This document shows positions 44,142 to 59,614 of a DNA stretch of 64,000 bases, in pieces (positions within the stretch are counted from its first letter, which is position 1; each line of letters starts with the position of its first letter). The notes under the pieces were generated by a model that ran no database searches, had not been told where the DNA came from, and was given only the letters and a program-made list of their open reading frames with translations. The translations under genes and the position numbers were made by a program. The stretch is from the NCBI RefSeq assembly GCF_009914755.1, contig NC_060935.1; one strand, 5' to 3'. The stretch is from the human T2T-CHM13v2.0 reference genome, Homo sapiens.

Positions 44142-47100
44142 AAAAGAGTGGTTTGTTCTGAGCACATGTATAAATAATTTATAATAAGATGGAGATATTT
44201 TTGTTGTAATTCTTCATGGAAAGAGCCCGTATTTCTTTGGAAGAAATAAGGCAATATGGGATGTGGAGGAACGAGAGGGGTGGGATGGGCGATAGGGAAG
44301 TGAGTCCTTTATGACATTTTAATATAACAAAAGATGGTCACTATAGTGTGTTCTGCAGATAGCGAAGCCTGTGGAGGACCCTTTATTTACAGAAGAGGGT
44401 AATAGAGTCGATATGTAAACTTGAGAGTGGGAACAGGGGTTGAGTTACTTAACAGGGGAGATAGAAAATTGAGATTCTCAAAGGAAAATTTAAGATGAAA
44501 GGATATAAGAACTGAGTCCCGCTAAGAAAGGGGGAGGGAAAGAAATAATATAACCAAACTATACCAGTCAAAAAATTAAACTTATGGCTAGAATGGGCAA
44601 TGGGCATGTGAGATATGGGGACACCCTCATTCATTTTGGGGGGGTCTTCATTCAAGTTCACCTTGCTCACTAATGTCATAGGGGAGCATGAGATAGGAGG
44701 AGATGAAAAAAATGCAGAGTTCTACCCCGGGGCAGTACACGGTAAAAGGAGTGGTACTTGTAGGGTTCAGGGCAAGAGACAAACTGCATTTGGGTTGCAA
44801 TTGACATAGGAGTTAACTGTGGTTCCTCCCATTATATGTAGCACCAAACTCCTTGTCTGGTCTACGTGAGTGGTCTTGCATCATCTGGCTGCTGCCATCT
44901 CTGACACCTTTCTGAGCACTCTTTCCCCTCACTACATCCACCCACTATCTCCCCTAAAGTCCCTGAAGGGCCCAACATGGTCCTAATTTTCACTTGTTTA
45001 TTTGTTTTTACATCCCTCTCTACAACTAATCTGTAAACTCAACAAACTCATGCATACTTTTTAAAATCACAACATAGCTCCTAACCTTGAACCGGGAGCA
45101 TAGACAAGTGTGTGGGATTTTGTTGAATGAATGAATAAGTCATCGTCTTTGGCTTATTCTTCTTAATTTCATTTTTTCAGCTTATTTCTAAGTCCCAGTT
45201 GGTTCTTCCTCACTCATTTCAGATGCCTCTTCCTGTCCATATCACTTGCTTCTGCATAAAGTGGGTGCAGAAGATAATGAGACGGATTTGACCGCGGTGA
45301 ACAGGCAGGCACACAAGATGGAGCAGGCCCTGGTGATAAACCCCAATTCAAGTGAGAGGAAGTATGAGGAACCAGATTGGAAGATGGAGTCCAGTGCCCA
45401 GAGATCATGGTCCAGGCAGGTAGTGTAACCATGTGCTGCTGTACAAGAGGGAACCAGAGGGTTTTCTGACAGGTGTTGGGATCAATGAGATAATGGAAGG
45501 AAGGTAGATATGTGGGGGACTCGAGGTTTAGGACTGAAACCAGAGCATGAGTGTCTGTGTGTGGATATATGTATGCTGGTTTGGGGGCATCTTGCCTAAC
45601 CTTGCAGAGCCTTGCTTTATACATCAGTTAACTGGGAAAGACAATATCTGTTTGGTAGGGTTGCTGGGAGGATTAATTGTGATGTTGCGTGCTAATGTCT
45701 GGCACACAGTTGGCACTCAAAACTATTGGTGTCCCATTCTTCAAACTTAGCTGACATCTCTTTCAGGCACCCCTCAACCATATGTGATCTTGGCTCTCCT
45801 CAACACCCACATATAGTTGTTGGTACCTCTCTCTAATGGCATTTGCATTTTCTGCATTTTATTAAGAGTTTCATTTCCCTTGTTCTATCTCCCTGTTCAG
45901 ATTTTAAGCTCTTGAAGGCAAAGCCTAAATTGTCTTTATCTTAGCAGCCTCCACAGAAGGTGCTACGGAACTGGCACAGTGACTTGCAGCTGTGCTCAAA
46001 GTGTTTAATAAGCATTTGTTGAATGTAATTGAAATGTCGAAAACAACCTGATCCCATTGTCATTCTGAGAAATATCAGTCTTAAGAGCCAGGCTATCATG
46101 CATTATTCATGAGAGAATCACCCTCAACGTTCTTGTTTCCTGGTCTACCATTAGAGGAGGAGGCAGGTCAGTGGTGTGGACAGAAGATCTGATCTCTCTC
46201 TCCATTAGCTCACCCCAGGCCCAGTGAGGTTAGCTTGGCATTGCCAATCACAGAACCAGAGTCCTTGCAGTTCTCTCTCATAGAAGCTCTGATGGGAATA
46301 TTGGTCTTTTAATACAATGCCAGCTTCAAATATATTATTTTTTCACATTTTTAGTTGTTTTAAAAAAGTAAAACTCTAACACTAAGTGCAGTCCCAGAGG
46401 ACAGATATCGTTTAGTGAAAGAAGTCATACCTTTGGCATTAAAACAAATGTTTAGGGAAAGGAGGTACAGAAAATCTGGATATGACCATAGTTGGCTCCT
46501 CCATGAGATGGCACACACAGAGCCTTCCTTTATTTTTATTTCCTAATTTGATAAAAAGTTTGAGGTTTTATGCTGTCATAGAGTGGGTGGGCCTCTGATA
46601 TTTATGTGGCTGATTTCATGTACTCTGACAGTTGCATCCCAATTCTGACAGTTGAAAAACCATCTCCCACTTATCAGCACACTGGGGTGTTGATATTGTG
46701 TTGGTGTGTTCTGGGAGCATCCTGAAGCTACACTTAGAGACCCAAGGATTTTCAGTCTTTTTAGAATTTAAAGCATACTTAGTTTGAATCGATTCACTCA
46801 CAAAATTACACGTTTCTGGAAGGACTAAACAATCAACTAGAGATCATTTCGAGTTGAGTTTGTAGGAAAACACACAGTCTCTTTGCTCACACATTATTTT
46901 TGCTACGTTTCCAGCAGACCCTCGCCAATCAAGGCACCTTATCTTTGCAGATGCCACTTCTTCTCCTTGGGATGTTTCCCATCCCATGTCCTTATGGGGT
47001 GTAAGGTCATCTTTAGCTAAGGTCAAATGTCATCTTCCCCAGTCCCAGCTGGAGTGAATTGCTCCCTCTTTTCATTCCCACATAATTGTATACACCTCTC

Positions 47101-49717
47101 TCTGGTGCTGCTTTTTATATTGCTGCAATTATCTGTTTAAATGCCTGTCTCCTTTTGTAGATTGTGAATCCTTTAGTGACAGAGATGACTTTCTTTCCTA
47201 AGACCATTTTCCTGCTTCTCTTTGTATCCCATGACCTGCATGAAAATGAAAAAACTCGCAGGCCAGTCTCAAGGAATTGACAGTTATGAATATACAAACA
47301 GAATAGTTTAAAATCCTGCTCTACAATGATTAGAATCATAGCAAACTGTAAAAAAGTAAAAAGGGTACTGTAGATTATAATGGTGAAACAAAAGACACAT
47401 ACAATCAAAATATATATAATACTTGCAAACAAGGTGTACCTAAGAGATGGCAGGAATGCTTCCTGCCCCCACCATTGCCTGCTGGACTTAATGTAAATAA
47501 GAAACAAGCTTCTATAGTGTTAAATCTCTTCTTACCCTTCTACTCATGTATTACTTATTCTCTGTTCTCTTAGCAACCACTCTTTTCCACACTTAGGTTA
47601 TTTTTATCTTCAAAATAAGTAGTTGAAATAGTAGTTATATTTCATGCAGAATAGTTTCACTGCTCATTATTTATGCATTTCTGTAGCCAAAATTTCTCCT
47701 TTTAACATTCTTTGTCATTCTAGATAATGCCCTCCAATGACTTGAATGAAATAACTATTTGGGTTGTAAAGTTTCTGAAGAATTTCACATCTCATTACAT
47801 TCATGAAAAAAATAGTAGCTTGAATGGACATGGCCATTTCCTATCACTCTTTTTCTTTAAAAATTTTGAAAATAAAATTCATTGTCTTCTGACACTGTAA
47901 GTTAAAGTAGAGAAAGGCGAAACTATCTGATATGGGCCCATTGGAATTTTTTCTAGATAATACATCGTGAAGAGATTAATGCATGGCTAGAGGGGTGGGA
48001 GGTAGATCTATGAAACATGCATATCCCCCAGTCCTACTCACCATCTTCCTGGTTCCCACCTCCCTCTCACCACAGGTAATAATTATTATTCTGTATAGCT
48101 AGTAGATACAACCATTGGAAGAAGTTTCTTATGTGTCAACAAGTAAACATTAATATATATTACTATTCCCCATCCTTATAAAACAGGAGGGGAAAAAGTG
48201 AAGATAATTATTTTAATTTGGTTGGAACGAAAGCAGAATACAAAAGGCATAAAATAGGTAGATTAGCTCTCTGATTAAGCTAATGATTAATGAGAAAGCA
48301 CAAAGGAAGAAAGAAAATCCAAAAAGGTCCAACTCCTTATCTGCCATAAAAGGACCTCTAGGTTATGCTACAATAGACAAATATAAATTGATGGTTATAG
48401 GACATGGGCTATTTATGCAAGTTCTGAAGTTAATAATGAGTAATATGAAAACCAAGTATTTACCTTTTAAATCATACTAGAATAAAAAAGGAAACTAATG
48501 TTGTTCATATATCAAAAAGCCATAATAGAAAAGGGGCCTCAAGGAGAAATAATGTTTAAAAGCATAAACTAGGATGACACAACTAGTATTGTAATGATCA
48601 TCATGCTATCAACATTGAAATAGTGGTTTGATAAATTAAAGTTTATTGGCCCTCTGGAAGGTGATGAAGATAAAGGAAATAATCTTTTTAAGGACTGGGT
48701 GATGAGCAAAAGCATTTAAGATGTGAAGGTAAGTGAAAAGCTGATAAGTTCATTGGGATTGCGGCTGTAAAACACATCTGTGGACAGGTGAGGGGTCATG
48801 TGGCAGGGTGAGGGTGGTGAGATTACAGGATTTTTGTTACTATTTTTCTTTAAAATATTCTAAAGTTTTGTTTTTGTGTTGCCTTTCTTTTATTACATTA
48901 AAATTGATAGTATCAATGATTATGAGCAATGAAATCAGCCTAAAATATGTTTTTAGAGGTTTAAAAACCTCATCCAAGTGCTCTCCTTTCCAATCCTCCT
49001 GAGATTATTTACATTGACAACCTGCCACGTATCTTGCCACAATTTCCTTTATGCTCAAACACACACATATATTTAGGACATTTTTTAGCTGGTGTTAGTG
49101 TTTGTTTTCATAGAAATTGAATTGTACTATAATGGTAACTCTACTTTTCTCATATAAAAATATATCATGGGCAATAAAGATAGCTCTATTTCCATATCTT
49201 CACAGTTGTATAATAGTTTACAGTATGGAGCCATCACAATTGAGTCAAGAACATTTCTTCTTGCTGGACATTGAGGTTTTTCCCAGGTTTTTGGTTTTAT
49301 AAACAATGATACCATACATATATCCTTACGTATAAGAGCTTTTATTTCTATTAGATTTCCCAGGGTGGGATTTCTGGCCAGTTTTTTGTAATGCCTACTA
49401 AAAAAGAACTTGGGTGAAAGAGTGAGATTTTTGTAAATCCATGCATATTTACTTTTGCCCTAAGTTTTCTGAGATGATCATTCTTTGTAGGATTGAAGAT
49501 CAAAGTTTGAAGTTGACTTCTAGGCCCCATCCTGGTACATTCTGGATGAATTTTGGGGTTGGAAGATGGAGGACCTATACATTTTGAGGGAAATAAGAAG
49601 GATAATAGGAGTCAGTGAAGAAGTGGTCAGCACCAAAGGAGGAGAGCGTTTAAAGGAAAAGAGGTAGTCAACCTAGTTAACTGCTGCAGAGAGGCAAAGG
49701 AGCAGGAAAAGAAGCCT

Positions 49718-50113
49718 GTTCACAAAATTTCTGCATCCCTCTCCTGGGCACATGGTAAAACAGTACTTCTTCCATTGCTTTGATGTTAGGCCTGACCATG
49801 TGATTTGTCTTAGTGAATGAAACAGTGCAGAAGTGACATGTGTCTCTGTGAGGTAGAAGACTTTAAGAGCTGGTACTCAATTTTCTATGTCTCTTTGTCC
49901 TCATCACAGAGACTGGTGGCATTCTAGATATGGAGGCTCTATCAGCCAGAGTCCCCGAGTGATGATGACACAGGACAGCACTCCCTTAGCTCCCAGCCAA
50001 TGCCAGATGGACACATGCAGAGTCCATGAGATATAAACCTTGCTGTTTTAAGCCACTAAGATTTTAGAGTTACTTGTTACTATAGCATAACTTAGCCCAG
50101 CCTGACTGATACA
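49718..50113 (+). mobile_element. MLT1H/I-type MaLR LTR
   Basis: CCATGTGATTTG...GCAGAAGTGACATGTGTC...TTTAAGCCACTAAGATTT...CCTGACTGATACA. Confidence 0.75.
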
Positions 50114-50854
50114 GTCATTTAGAAAAGAGATCCAACTGAGAGACACTGACGTCAGATCCCAAGGAATGAAGAGTAGCCAGGTCGTAGCTCAGGAGGTTAA
50201 AGAGTGGAAGTGTAGTGAGGAAGTGTAAGTAGCAAGCATCGAATTTCTTTCAAGTTTATTTAGGGGCTATGAGAACCCAGTTCTGCCAATTAGTTACATA
50301 AATGCTCTTGGGGAGAATCTAGGGATAATTCTAGAACACTTTTAAAATAAACTTAGAAAGATTAACTGCATAAATAATGGCAAAACCAGGACAGTCACAG
50401 CAGAATTCTTTATTATATAGACTAAGATTCCAGCAGCTTTTATGCATCTTAATGTGTACTAAAGATATAAGAGTATCACACAATGAATTCTTCTATGTCT
50501 ACTACTAGGAAAAATATTCATTTCTCCTGATAAACTACATTTCCTTTTATTTATGAGAATTATGTCAGCATCCCTAGAAACCCTTGTTCCTTGCTCTCCT
50601 CTTTGTCTTGACTGCCAGGGCCTTCCGAGCTGTGTTCAAGTGAAAAATTGATCCTTTACCTGGATGGTTTGGTACAGTTCTTCCTCTGGGGATCAGCTTG
50701 TAAAGCAGGGATGCATTAGGCATGGGGTCTGTGTTGGAAGATCTGGACAACTTAGACGGCCCGGGTGGCTGAAAGCACCAAAGCTTCTCTTACTGTGGCC
50801 AAGACAATTTGGGATATTTTGTAGCTGGAAAAGACCCATCAAAAATGCTATGAG

Positions 50855-51310
<456 letters not shown>

Positions 51311-51530
51311 TCAACAATAGTTGGACAGTCTCAATGTAGAAAATGATGTAGATAAGAGCCTGGTTCCCCTCAAGATAAGATCAGAACTGTTTATCACACA
51401 TCAGTTTTTGAAACTGTGGGCCACACATTTTTAGTGGATTGTGAAATTGAATTATAGCATTTTGACCACAGTTTACAAAAATAAAATGGAATAGAAAACA
51501 CCTTGAATGCATTCCATGTCATAAATGTAG

Positions 51531-51822
51531 GTTTGGTTTTTTCGTTTGTTTCTTTTGTTTTGGTTTTTAGAGATGGGGTCTTACTCTGTTGTCCAGGCTG
51601 GAGTACAGTGGCACAAACACAGCTCACTCTAGCCTCGACCTCCCAGGCTCAAGTGATTCTCCCACCTCAGCCTCCCAAAGACCTCGGACTGCAGGCACAC
51701 ACTGCCATGCCCAGCTAATTTTGAAAAAACTTTTATTGTAGAGACGGGATCTCCCTATGCTGCCCAGGCTGGTCTCGAAGTCCTGGGCTCAAGTGATCCT
51801 CCCACCTTGGCCTCCCAAAGTA
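51531..51822 (-). mobile_element. AluJ (5'-truncated)
   Basis: Reverse Alu ending at CCTCCCAAAGT. Confidence 0.88.
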
Positions 51823-51849
51823 ATTTTTTTTTTTTAATGACACTTTTTT

Positions 51850-51853
<4 letters not shown>

Positions 51854-51882
<29 letters not shown>
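51854..51882. repeat. (TG)n microsatellite
   Basis: Read directly. Confidence 0.95.
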
Positions 51883-51884
<2 letters not shown>

Positions 51885-53380
51885 TGGGTTGTGATCCAGA
51901 ATGTGTTCTTATTGTGGGCTCTGGGGGGAAAAAAGAACACCATGAATCTAGAGCCAGTGGGGACTGTGAAGACAGGGATAGACCTGCACCCTGTAGAGAC
52001 CAAAACCCAGTAAGACCACAAGATAGGCAAAAACTAGATATTGCCAAGGAAAGAGCGCTTTATGAAGCTAAAGCCAATGGTAGTGGGGTCACTGATTCTG
52101 AGTGAGGTGGAGCTGCCCGAGCATGCAGAAAATAGGGAACAGTTTAAACAAGTGCTCAGCCTTGGCATGGCTGAACATAGTTTGTTAGAGTCAATAAGTG
52201 TTTAAATTGGTATTCCATGTCAGTAGCAATTTGTATTAAAACTCTCTCCTTGATCTTGGATCAATTTCCTCCAGCTTGATAAACCAGAGGGATAGTCTGA
52301 GAGAGAAACTGAAGGTCAAAATCAACGCAGTGGTGCCGAACAGAAGGGCCCGAGGTGCGATGAGTATAATATGAACACGAAGGAAAACAGCGAGTTCAGA
52401 AGCCTGGAGAATCAGAAGCAGGTCAAGCGCTGGGGTTCAGGGCAAAGACCCTGAACACTGTGAAGGTGTTGGAGACCTGTTTTGAGGTGGCACTGCGGCT
52501 CAATGTGAGTGCAGACCTGAGAGATTAAAGTGCCTACGAAGGGCCAAATACCTGTCCCTTCATGACATGACTTTTGGCTCTGTGACTTTATTTTAGGGCA
52601 ATTAATGTCTTTGAATCTTTCATTAAAAGCCACTTCAAATCCTTTTCCTAAACCAGTAGTATACAAGTGATAAGTACATGGAGATTGGTAAGACTGTAGC
52701 TCATTTTATTTCATATCATATCCTCTTGTTTATGCTACCCTTTGGTGAGTTTACAGGCTATAGGCATTTTTCCCCTATTAATAGAAGCTTTGGAGGGCAT
52801 CCAACAGCAAAAGTGATCCTATACTTGGGATACACAGATACTTTAAACTGCAACAGTAGTTTCTCTTCCATCTTTATCTTCTATATCCTTTAAATTTTCT
52901 TTGCAGGCATAATTATCTGACCTCTGAAAACTGTTAGCTACAGAACCAGTTATGACAGTATAGATTTTTTTTCTCTCTATTTTCAACACCTTGGCTGTGC
53001 TTGGCATGCTGCAAATACCATATCGTCATCCAGACTAAAATTGTAATTCTGGGTGTGTACAATGTCACTGCGGTTAAATTGCTGATATAGAAGAATTCTG
53101 TTCAGGTTATTGTCAGTGATAGAGAGCAAAGCATGTGGTTGTTTGAACATTTATCTTTTTCCCTTTGTTTTCAGGAAGATTATAAGAATGAAAAGATCTT
53201 CATTAGGATAGTAGCATATTCTATTTAACCTAACACTGTTTAATAAATAGAAACACATTTAAGGGAAGATACAACATAGAAGAAGATTTCTTGTTTTTTT
53301 TTTTGATATAGATATTTTTTTTTAAGAGCAGTTTAGGTTCACAACAAAACTTAGCAGAAGAATGTTTCAAAAAAACATAA

Positions 53381-53628
<248 letters not shown>

Positions 53629-53844
53629 TTTTTATTTCATTATTTATTTATTACTATTTGCAGAGAAAACTGGTCTGTAAAGCTCTGCCCATTGACCCTT
53701 CAACAGTCTCTAATGATCTGACTCCCACTTCTAGCTCCAGTTTGCATCACGATCACTGGTCTTAGGCAGTCTTGGCTCTAATTCTAAAACTCCAGTGTTT
53801 CCCACTATACCACATTGCTAATTTCTTAAAGGACTTAGGCTTTC

Positions 53845-53891
53845 AATTGCCTTAAGAACCTATAGAAAATTGCCTTAAAACCTATAGAAAA
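53845..53891 (+). repeat. ~23-bp tandem duplication (AATTGCCTTAA(G)AACCTATAGAA) x2
   Basis: Read directly. Confidence 0.85.
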
Positions 53892-56800
53892 AAATCAAAA
53901 GAAGATAAATTTTAAAACCCAGATTTAAAAAAATGATCTCAAGTGCTACTTTTCTTTTTTAGGAAACAATCAAATGTCTACTTTGATAAAAAAGATACAA
54001 AAATATTTAAGAAAAAAAGAACCTGTATGCCCCTCCAGCCATCCACGTCCCTGCCCCCTTTCCTCCCCAGAAAAGCAAACATAATTTCTCCTACAGGAAG
54101 GTTTGGTTTGTATTTGTGGGTAGCAGAAGTGAATTCTGAGGATAACATGGTTTACATGTGTGCTGGGATTTCCACTCACCCCTTCTTTGGCTGGCTTGAA
54201 AAATTAAACATGCGTGTCCTGTGTACAACCAGATGTGCATGACTCCTCATTGCTTTGAACAGTTCCAGATCCTTAGTAATTTGAGTTTATCTCAAAAATT
54301 ACTGAACTGCACAGCAAGAAATTAAACTAAAAATTATGTTCATCCATCATCTTTTACGAGTCATGAAAAACTACATGGGGAATAAATCCTTGCAAGCAAG
54401 ACAGTTTTGTTATAAGTGGTTCTTCTGCACTTCAAATGCATTAATATTCAAAACCATAACCTGTCGTGTGCTCAGCTTTGTGTGAGAAGGGGAGCAAATC
54501 AATCCCCTCCTTCTGTTTACTGTGTTGTTTAAGACTGTTCTTGTCTTTGCCTGGGATACAGGAGGTATTGTTGCTTTTCCCTTAAAGAAGTAGGTGCTCA
54601 GGAAGCCCAAAACAGAAAGAGGGAATCGATGTTTCTTATGAGCCTGCTGTGGACCATGCTGAATTCTCCCCGCATTCTGAGAAGTTTATTATTATTATTA
54701 TTATTCCTACATTGCTGTGGAGAAAAATACAGCTCAGAGAGCCTATGAAACTCTGGCGAGCTGACACAGCTAGTAAGTATGAGCTGGGGTGAATCCCGCT
54801 CAGTCAAACTCCAAACACTTCTTGGATTCCTCCATGACATCCCTCACAAAGCAATAAAAGGAAGTAAGAAAATGCATGCCTCAAGCAACAAGAGCCCTTC
54901 AAGTGTCTGCAGAGAGGAGAATGGAGCATTCTGCCCATCTCCAGTTCTTAACAGCTCCTTCACTCTGCTCACAATTCACCCAGAAGTCACAGCGTGCTGT
55001 TCACTCTCTGTGTGTGATTGCTTTAGTTGTGAGTGGGAAGCTGCCATGAGTGACTCATGTCATGTGCCCCCACACAGCCCTCACGAGGGTATGGAATGCT
55101 CCCACCTCAATGTGTTCTGAAGCAATTCATTCCTGCCTGCATGGCATAGTTGTTCCCTAGACATCTGGCAGTAGGTCCCCCTTCCTAACCTCCAAATAAT
55201 TATCAAAGTCAGAATCAATGTCTTTTAAGCAAAAACCCACTCTCTCTACTCTTTGCAGAAAGTCAAATTGCAGTCTCCTTGGCTGACAACTGATGTCATG
55301 AACTGTGGCCTTGTGAGCTCTTTCCTGCTCTCTGCTTGGACCCGTGGCACTGGTGGGTGCTTACAGGAAAAAACCAGAGAGCAGTTCCTCCTCCCAGCTG
55401 TCTTCCTCCCAGCTGTCATGGCTGTTTAAGCAGCAGCTTCAGTTGGTACTCACATCTTTCATGGCCGGGAAAAATCTTGAGCTTTTTCTGAAATCAAGAT
55501 GTGCTTTTTGTAAACAACCAAAACTGAAACTGTTTTCCTGGCCCATCACAGAGGGGCTAGGATGTCGGGACACCTACTGCTCCAGCAGTCCCCACCTTGT
55601 GACACCCTGAAGACTGAAGAAAGTGTAGTACCATGAACAACATTCTTATCTCCATCCACAGCCCGACACCCACGGCTGGGCTTATCCTCCTCTATGGTCT
55701 CCCTCAAATCTCCTGTGTCCTCAGCCCCTTGTGTGTTCACTGTGCCCACCTTGCCAATCAGTTTTCTAGACACTGCCCATCGGCATTTAAGCCTTGCTGG
55801 AGAAAAAATTCACACAACCAGGCCAAATGGTGCCATAACTGTCATAGTGAAGCTTTAGCAGGGCTCTTGACATTGGTGGGCAGTGCTCTGAGTCATCTCC
55901 AAGCGATTTTCCATCACATCTACATCCCTCAGGGACTGGCCTGAAGCTCTTTCACTGCCCCTGGGATTACAACTCACTCCTATCCTCTCAACCTCCAATT
56001 CTTGCAGAAAACTTCTAGGGTAATGATTTTGAGCCCCTCAAAGATAAGAGCCACACTTTGTTCATATTTGTGGCAATAATGAGCTGGACAAATGATCGAA
56101 ATGAATAAACAGAATAAAACTGTTTAACTTGAGTCCCCCCAAATTTAGTCCTCTTCCCCATTAATCTGAATCAAGGGGAAGGGAAAGAGACTCATTTAAA
56201 TTAAGCACTAAACCATTTTTTAAGCCCTGTGATAAGCACTTTCTAATATATTATCTCATGTAATCCCCACCCAAGCCTGTGAGGTAGGTAATGTTATTTC
56301 CATTTTATGCATACAGAACAGTAATTGGTCCAGATTTGTCTAATTCCGAAGCTCGTGCACTTTTCCCTGCATTTGCTATCTGACTTCCCACCTGCTTTTC
56401 CATCTTTATCTCTTCTAATTCTCTAATAGCCAAGGGAGTTTATTAACAGTTGGCATTTGAGGAAGCAGAGCGTGAGCTGGCTTCTGCAGATAGTAAGAGG
56501 GAGAGGTCCCCCAAACTGTAATATTCACTGGTAATACTTGGCAAAGGAGGCAGAAGGGGGCTGAGAACGTGTATTAGTTTGAACATGATTGATTTTTATT
56601 GCAAGCAACAAATACCCAACTTAAAATAGAGGAAAAAGGGAGAATTGAATCATGTACCTAGAAAATCCTAGACACATTTGTTGAGTGTTTAGATATCACG
56701 CTCCAACAATGCATCAGCCTGGTGTCATTCTCTCTCTGGGCTTTGCTCTCTGCTGTGCTGGCTTTATCATAACATAGGGTGCCTCTACTTGGTGGCCAAG

Positions 56801-57171
56801 TGGCCACCGTTCTCTCTAGGCTCACACTGTCCTCCTGACATTTGCTACACTGTGGCCCCTTCTCCCACCCTCCAATCTCCTGTCTCTGAGCTCCTTCAGA
56901 TTAAAGTCTGCACCTTCATCTGTATCCCCAGGGCCTGGCCTCCTTGGTGATCACTTACTAAATAGATGAATGAATACAACCTGCTGTTCCTCCTCCAATC
57001 TAAAGTGGTCAAGTTCACTGTGAGGGATGGGGGAGCAATCAGAACAGATCTGGGACAAAGTTTCCCTTTGTACATCTTCCTACTTAGTTTTTAATTCTAG
57101 CCCTGTTTGCCTTTGTTCTCCAGTGATTTTTTTAACAGATCTTTTCCTCCCTTAATCTCCAATCAAGACTT

Positions 57172-57370
57172 AGAGGGTCGGGGGAGGAGGAAAATAGGGA
57201 ACGACTGCTAATGGGTACAGGGTTTCTAGTAGAGGGGAAGAAAATGTTCTAAAATTAGATTGTGGTAATGACTGCACGACTCTATGGACACACTAAAAAG
57301 CACTGGCTTTTACACTTTAAGTGGGTAAATTGTGTGGTATGCGAATTATATTTCAACGAAGTGGTTTACA
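57172..57370 (+). mobile_element. L1MB/ME 3'-terminal fragment
   Basis: ACTGCTAATGGGTACAGGGTTTCT...GAAAATGTTCTAAAATTAGATTGTGG...ACACTTTAA. Confidence 0.75.
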
Positions 57371-57539
57371 CAAAGATTTAAAGAAAAATATCCAAAAAAG
57401 GATATCCTTACAACACAGAATAAACAGAAAGCTCACTCTATATTGCTTTTCCCTATATTTACAGCTACTATACAATAATAACAGAATATCTACATAGTTT
57501 TCATATGTTGCTGTAACTATGATGAATAGAAAAAGCAGG

Positions 57540-58026
<487 letters not shown>

Positions 58027-58060
58027 TCAGTGCCTAGAACAATGCCTGGCATCCAGTAGG

Positions 58061-58582
58061 TGTGGTAATTGCAGGAAATGGGTACAAATCCTTTGTAGTT
58101 CCTCCCATCAAAGGGTCAAATCTGTTTCTTCTCCCCTTGAATCTGAGCTTGGCCACATGACTTGATTTGGCCAAAGCAACATTAGCAAACATGATGCAAG
58201 TAAGGCTTTGAAAGCCCTGAGCACTGAAGCTTACCCTCATGTGCAGCTGGAAACCCTCCCATGACCATGTGAGGAATCCCAGGTTGGCCTACTGGAGGAT
58301 GAGAGACCCAGTGGAGCACAGATGAGGCGTCCCAGTGAAGGTCCTCTAGAACAGTCACGCTGCCAACTGCTGGACGTGTGAATGAGCCCATGCTAGACCA
58401 CACGGTCTCAGCCATGCCATCAGCTGACCACAGAGATTCCATCCCCCACGGTCCCCCAAAACCCTTAACAGACCAGAAGAATTGTCCAGCTGACTCACTG
58501 AATCATGAGCCAATACAATGTTGGTCGCCTCAAACCACTAATTTTGGGGTAGTTTGTTCCAGAGCAATGGATAACTGAAACA
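58061..58582 (+). mobile_element. MLT1F-type MaLR solo LTR inserted in an L2 3' end
   Basis: TGTGG...CCCCTTGAATCTGAGC...GATAACTGAAACA; TSD GTAGG at 58056-58060 and 58583-58587. Confidence 0.85.
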
Positions 58583-59256
58583 GTAGGCAGTCCATACATA
58601 TAGAATGAGCAGACGCAAAGGTATCTGCAGATTGGCTGAGGAGGAAAGCATGCCCTGGAGGCTGGAAGTGTAAAGGATGATTCCAGCTGATGGCAGAACA
58701 AGAGGTAGAAGGAAGGCAGGAGAGAAACATGGGCAGCAAGCAGAGAAGCAAAACTCACTCTCCTCCCTGTTAGGGAATCTTTTCTCTTCTACAACATTTA
58801 CCTGATTCTTTAAACACACTGTCCTCTTACCCCATTCCCATGGTACTTGGCCACACAAGCCAGCTGCAGACAGTAATGTTCCCCAGACCCCTCCTAGCTG
58901 CTTTGGCTCTCAAACTTCAGATTTTGACCCTTTGACCCTCAGAGTACATAATTATACTTTGCTCTTTGCTACTTCTGGTCCTTTTGGTTATGCAAACATC
59001 AGGGACTCTCTTCCTTAGCTTTTTGGCCTCAACAGTCTATTCTAAGCTTTGTTTGCTTCTTGGTTTCTGGATTCCCAGCAGTTTAAGCCTGCTTCTAGAG
59101 GAAATCCTCTGGCCAGGGGTAAAGACTTCAGTCATCTTGTTTGGAACCCATGAAGGCCTCCTGCCACCCTGGGCAGAATGTGATGGGGGAAGCTCTCCTA
59201 CCCCTGCCACTGGAGATTGCAGAGCACTGGTGCAAACCATGGGGCTCTATGACAAC

Positions 59257-59614
59257 TACTATAGACTGTATCGTCCCCAAAGTCACATGTTGAAATCCCA
59301 ATTCCAAATGTAAGGGTATCTGGGGGTGCGATCTTTGGGAGGCAATTAGATGATGAGGGAAGAGCCCTCATGAATGAGATTAGTGCCCTTTTAAAGGAGG
59401 CCCCAAAGAGATTTCCTCTCTCTTCCACCATGTGATGTTACAGTGAAACGACAGTCATCTGTGAACCAAAAAACAGCCCTCACCAGACACCAAATCTGCC
59501 AGCACTTTGATCTTGGACTTCCCAGCATCCAATACTGTGAGAAATAAACTTCTGTTGTTTATAAGACACCCAATCTATGGCATTTTGTTATAGCAGCCCA
59601 AAGGAACTAAGACA
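59257..59614 (+). mobile_element. MLT1A0-type MaLR solo LTR
   Basis: GAGCCCTCATGAATGAGATTAGTGCCC...TTTTGTTATAGCAGCCC...CTAAGACA; TSD ACAAC/ACAAT. Confidence 0.87.

Noticed and set aside
50146-50155. Perfect CRE palindrome CTGACGTCAG, and scattered AP-1 TGA(C/G)TCA sites
   Set aside because: Isolated short motifs in decayed repeat context are expected by chance in 64 kb.
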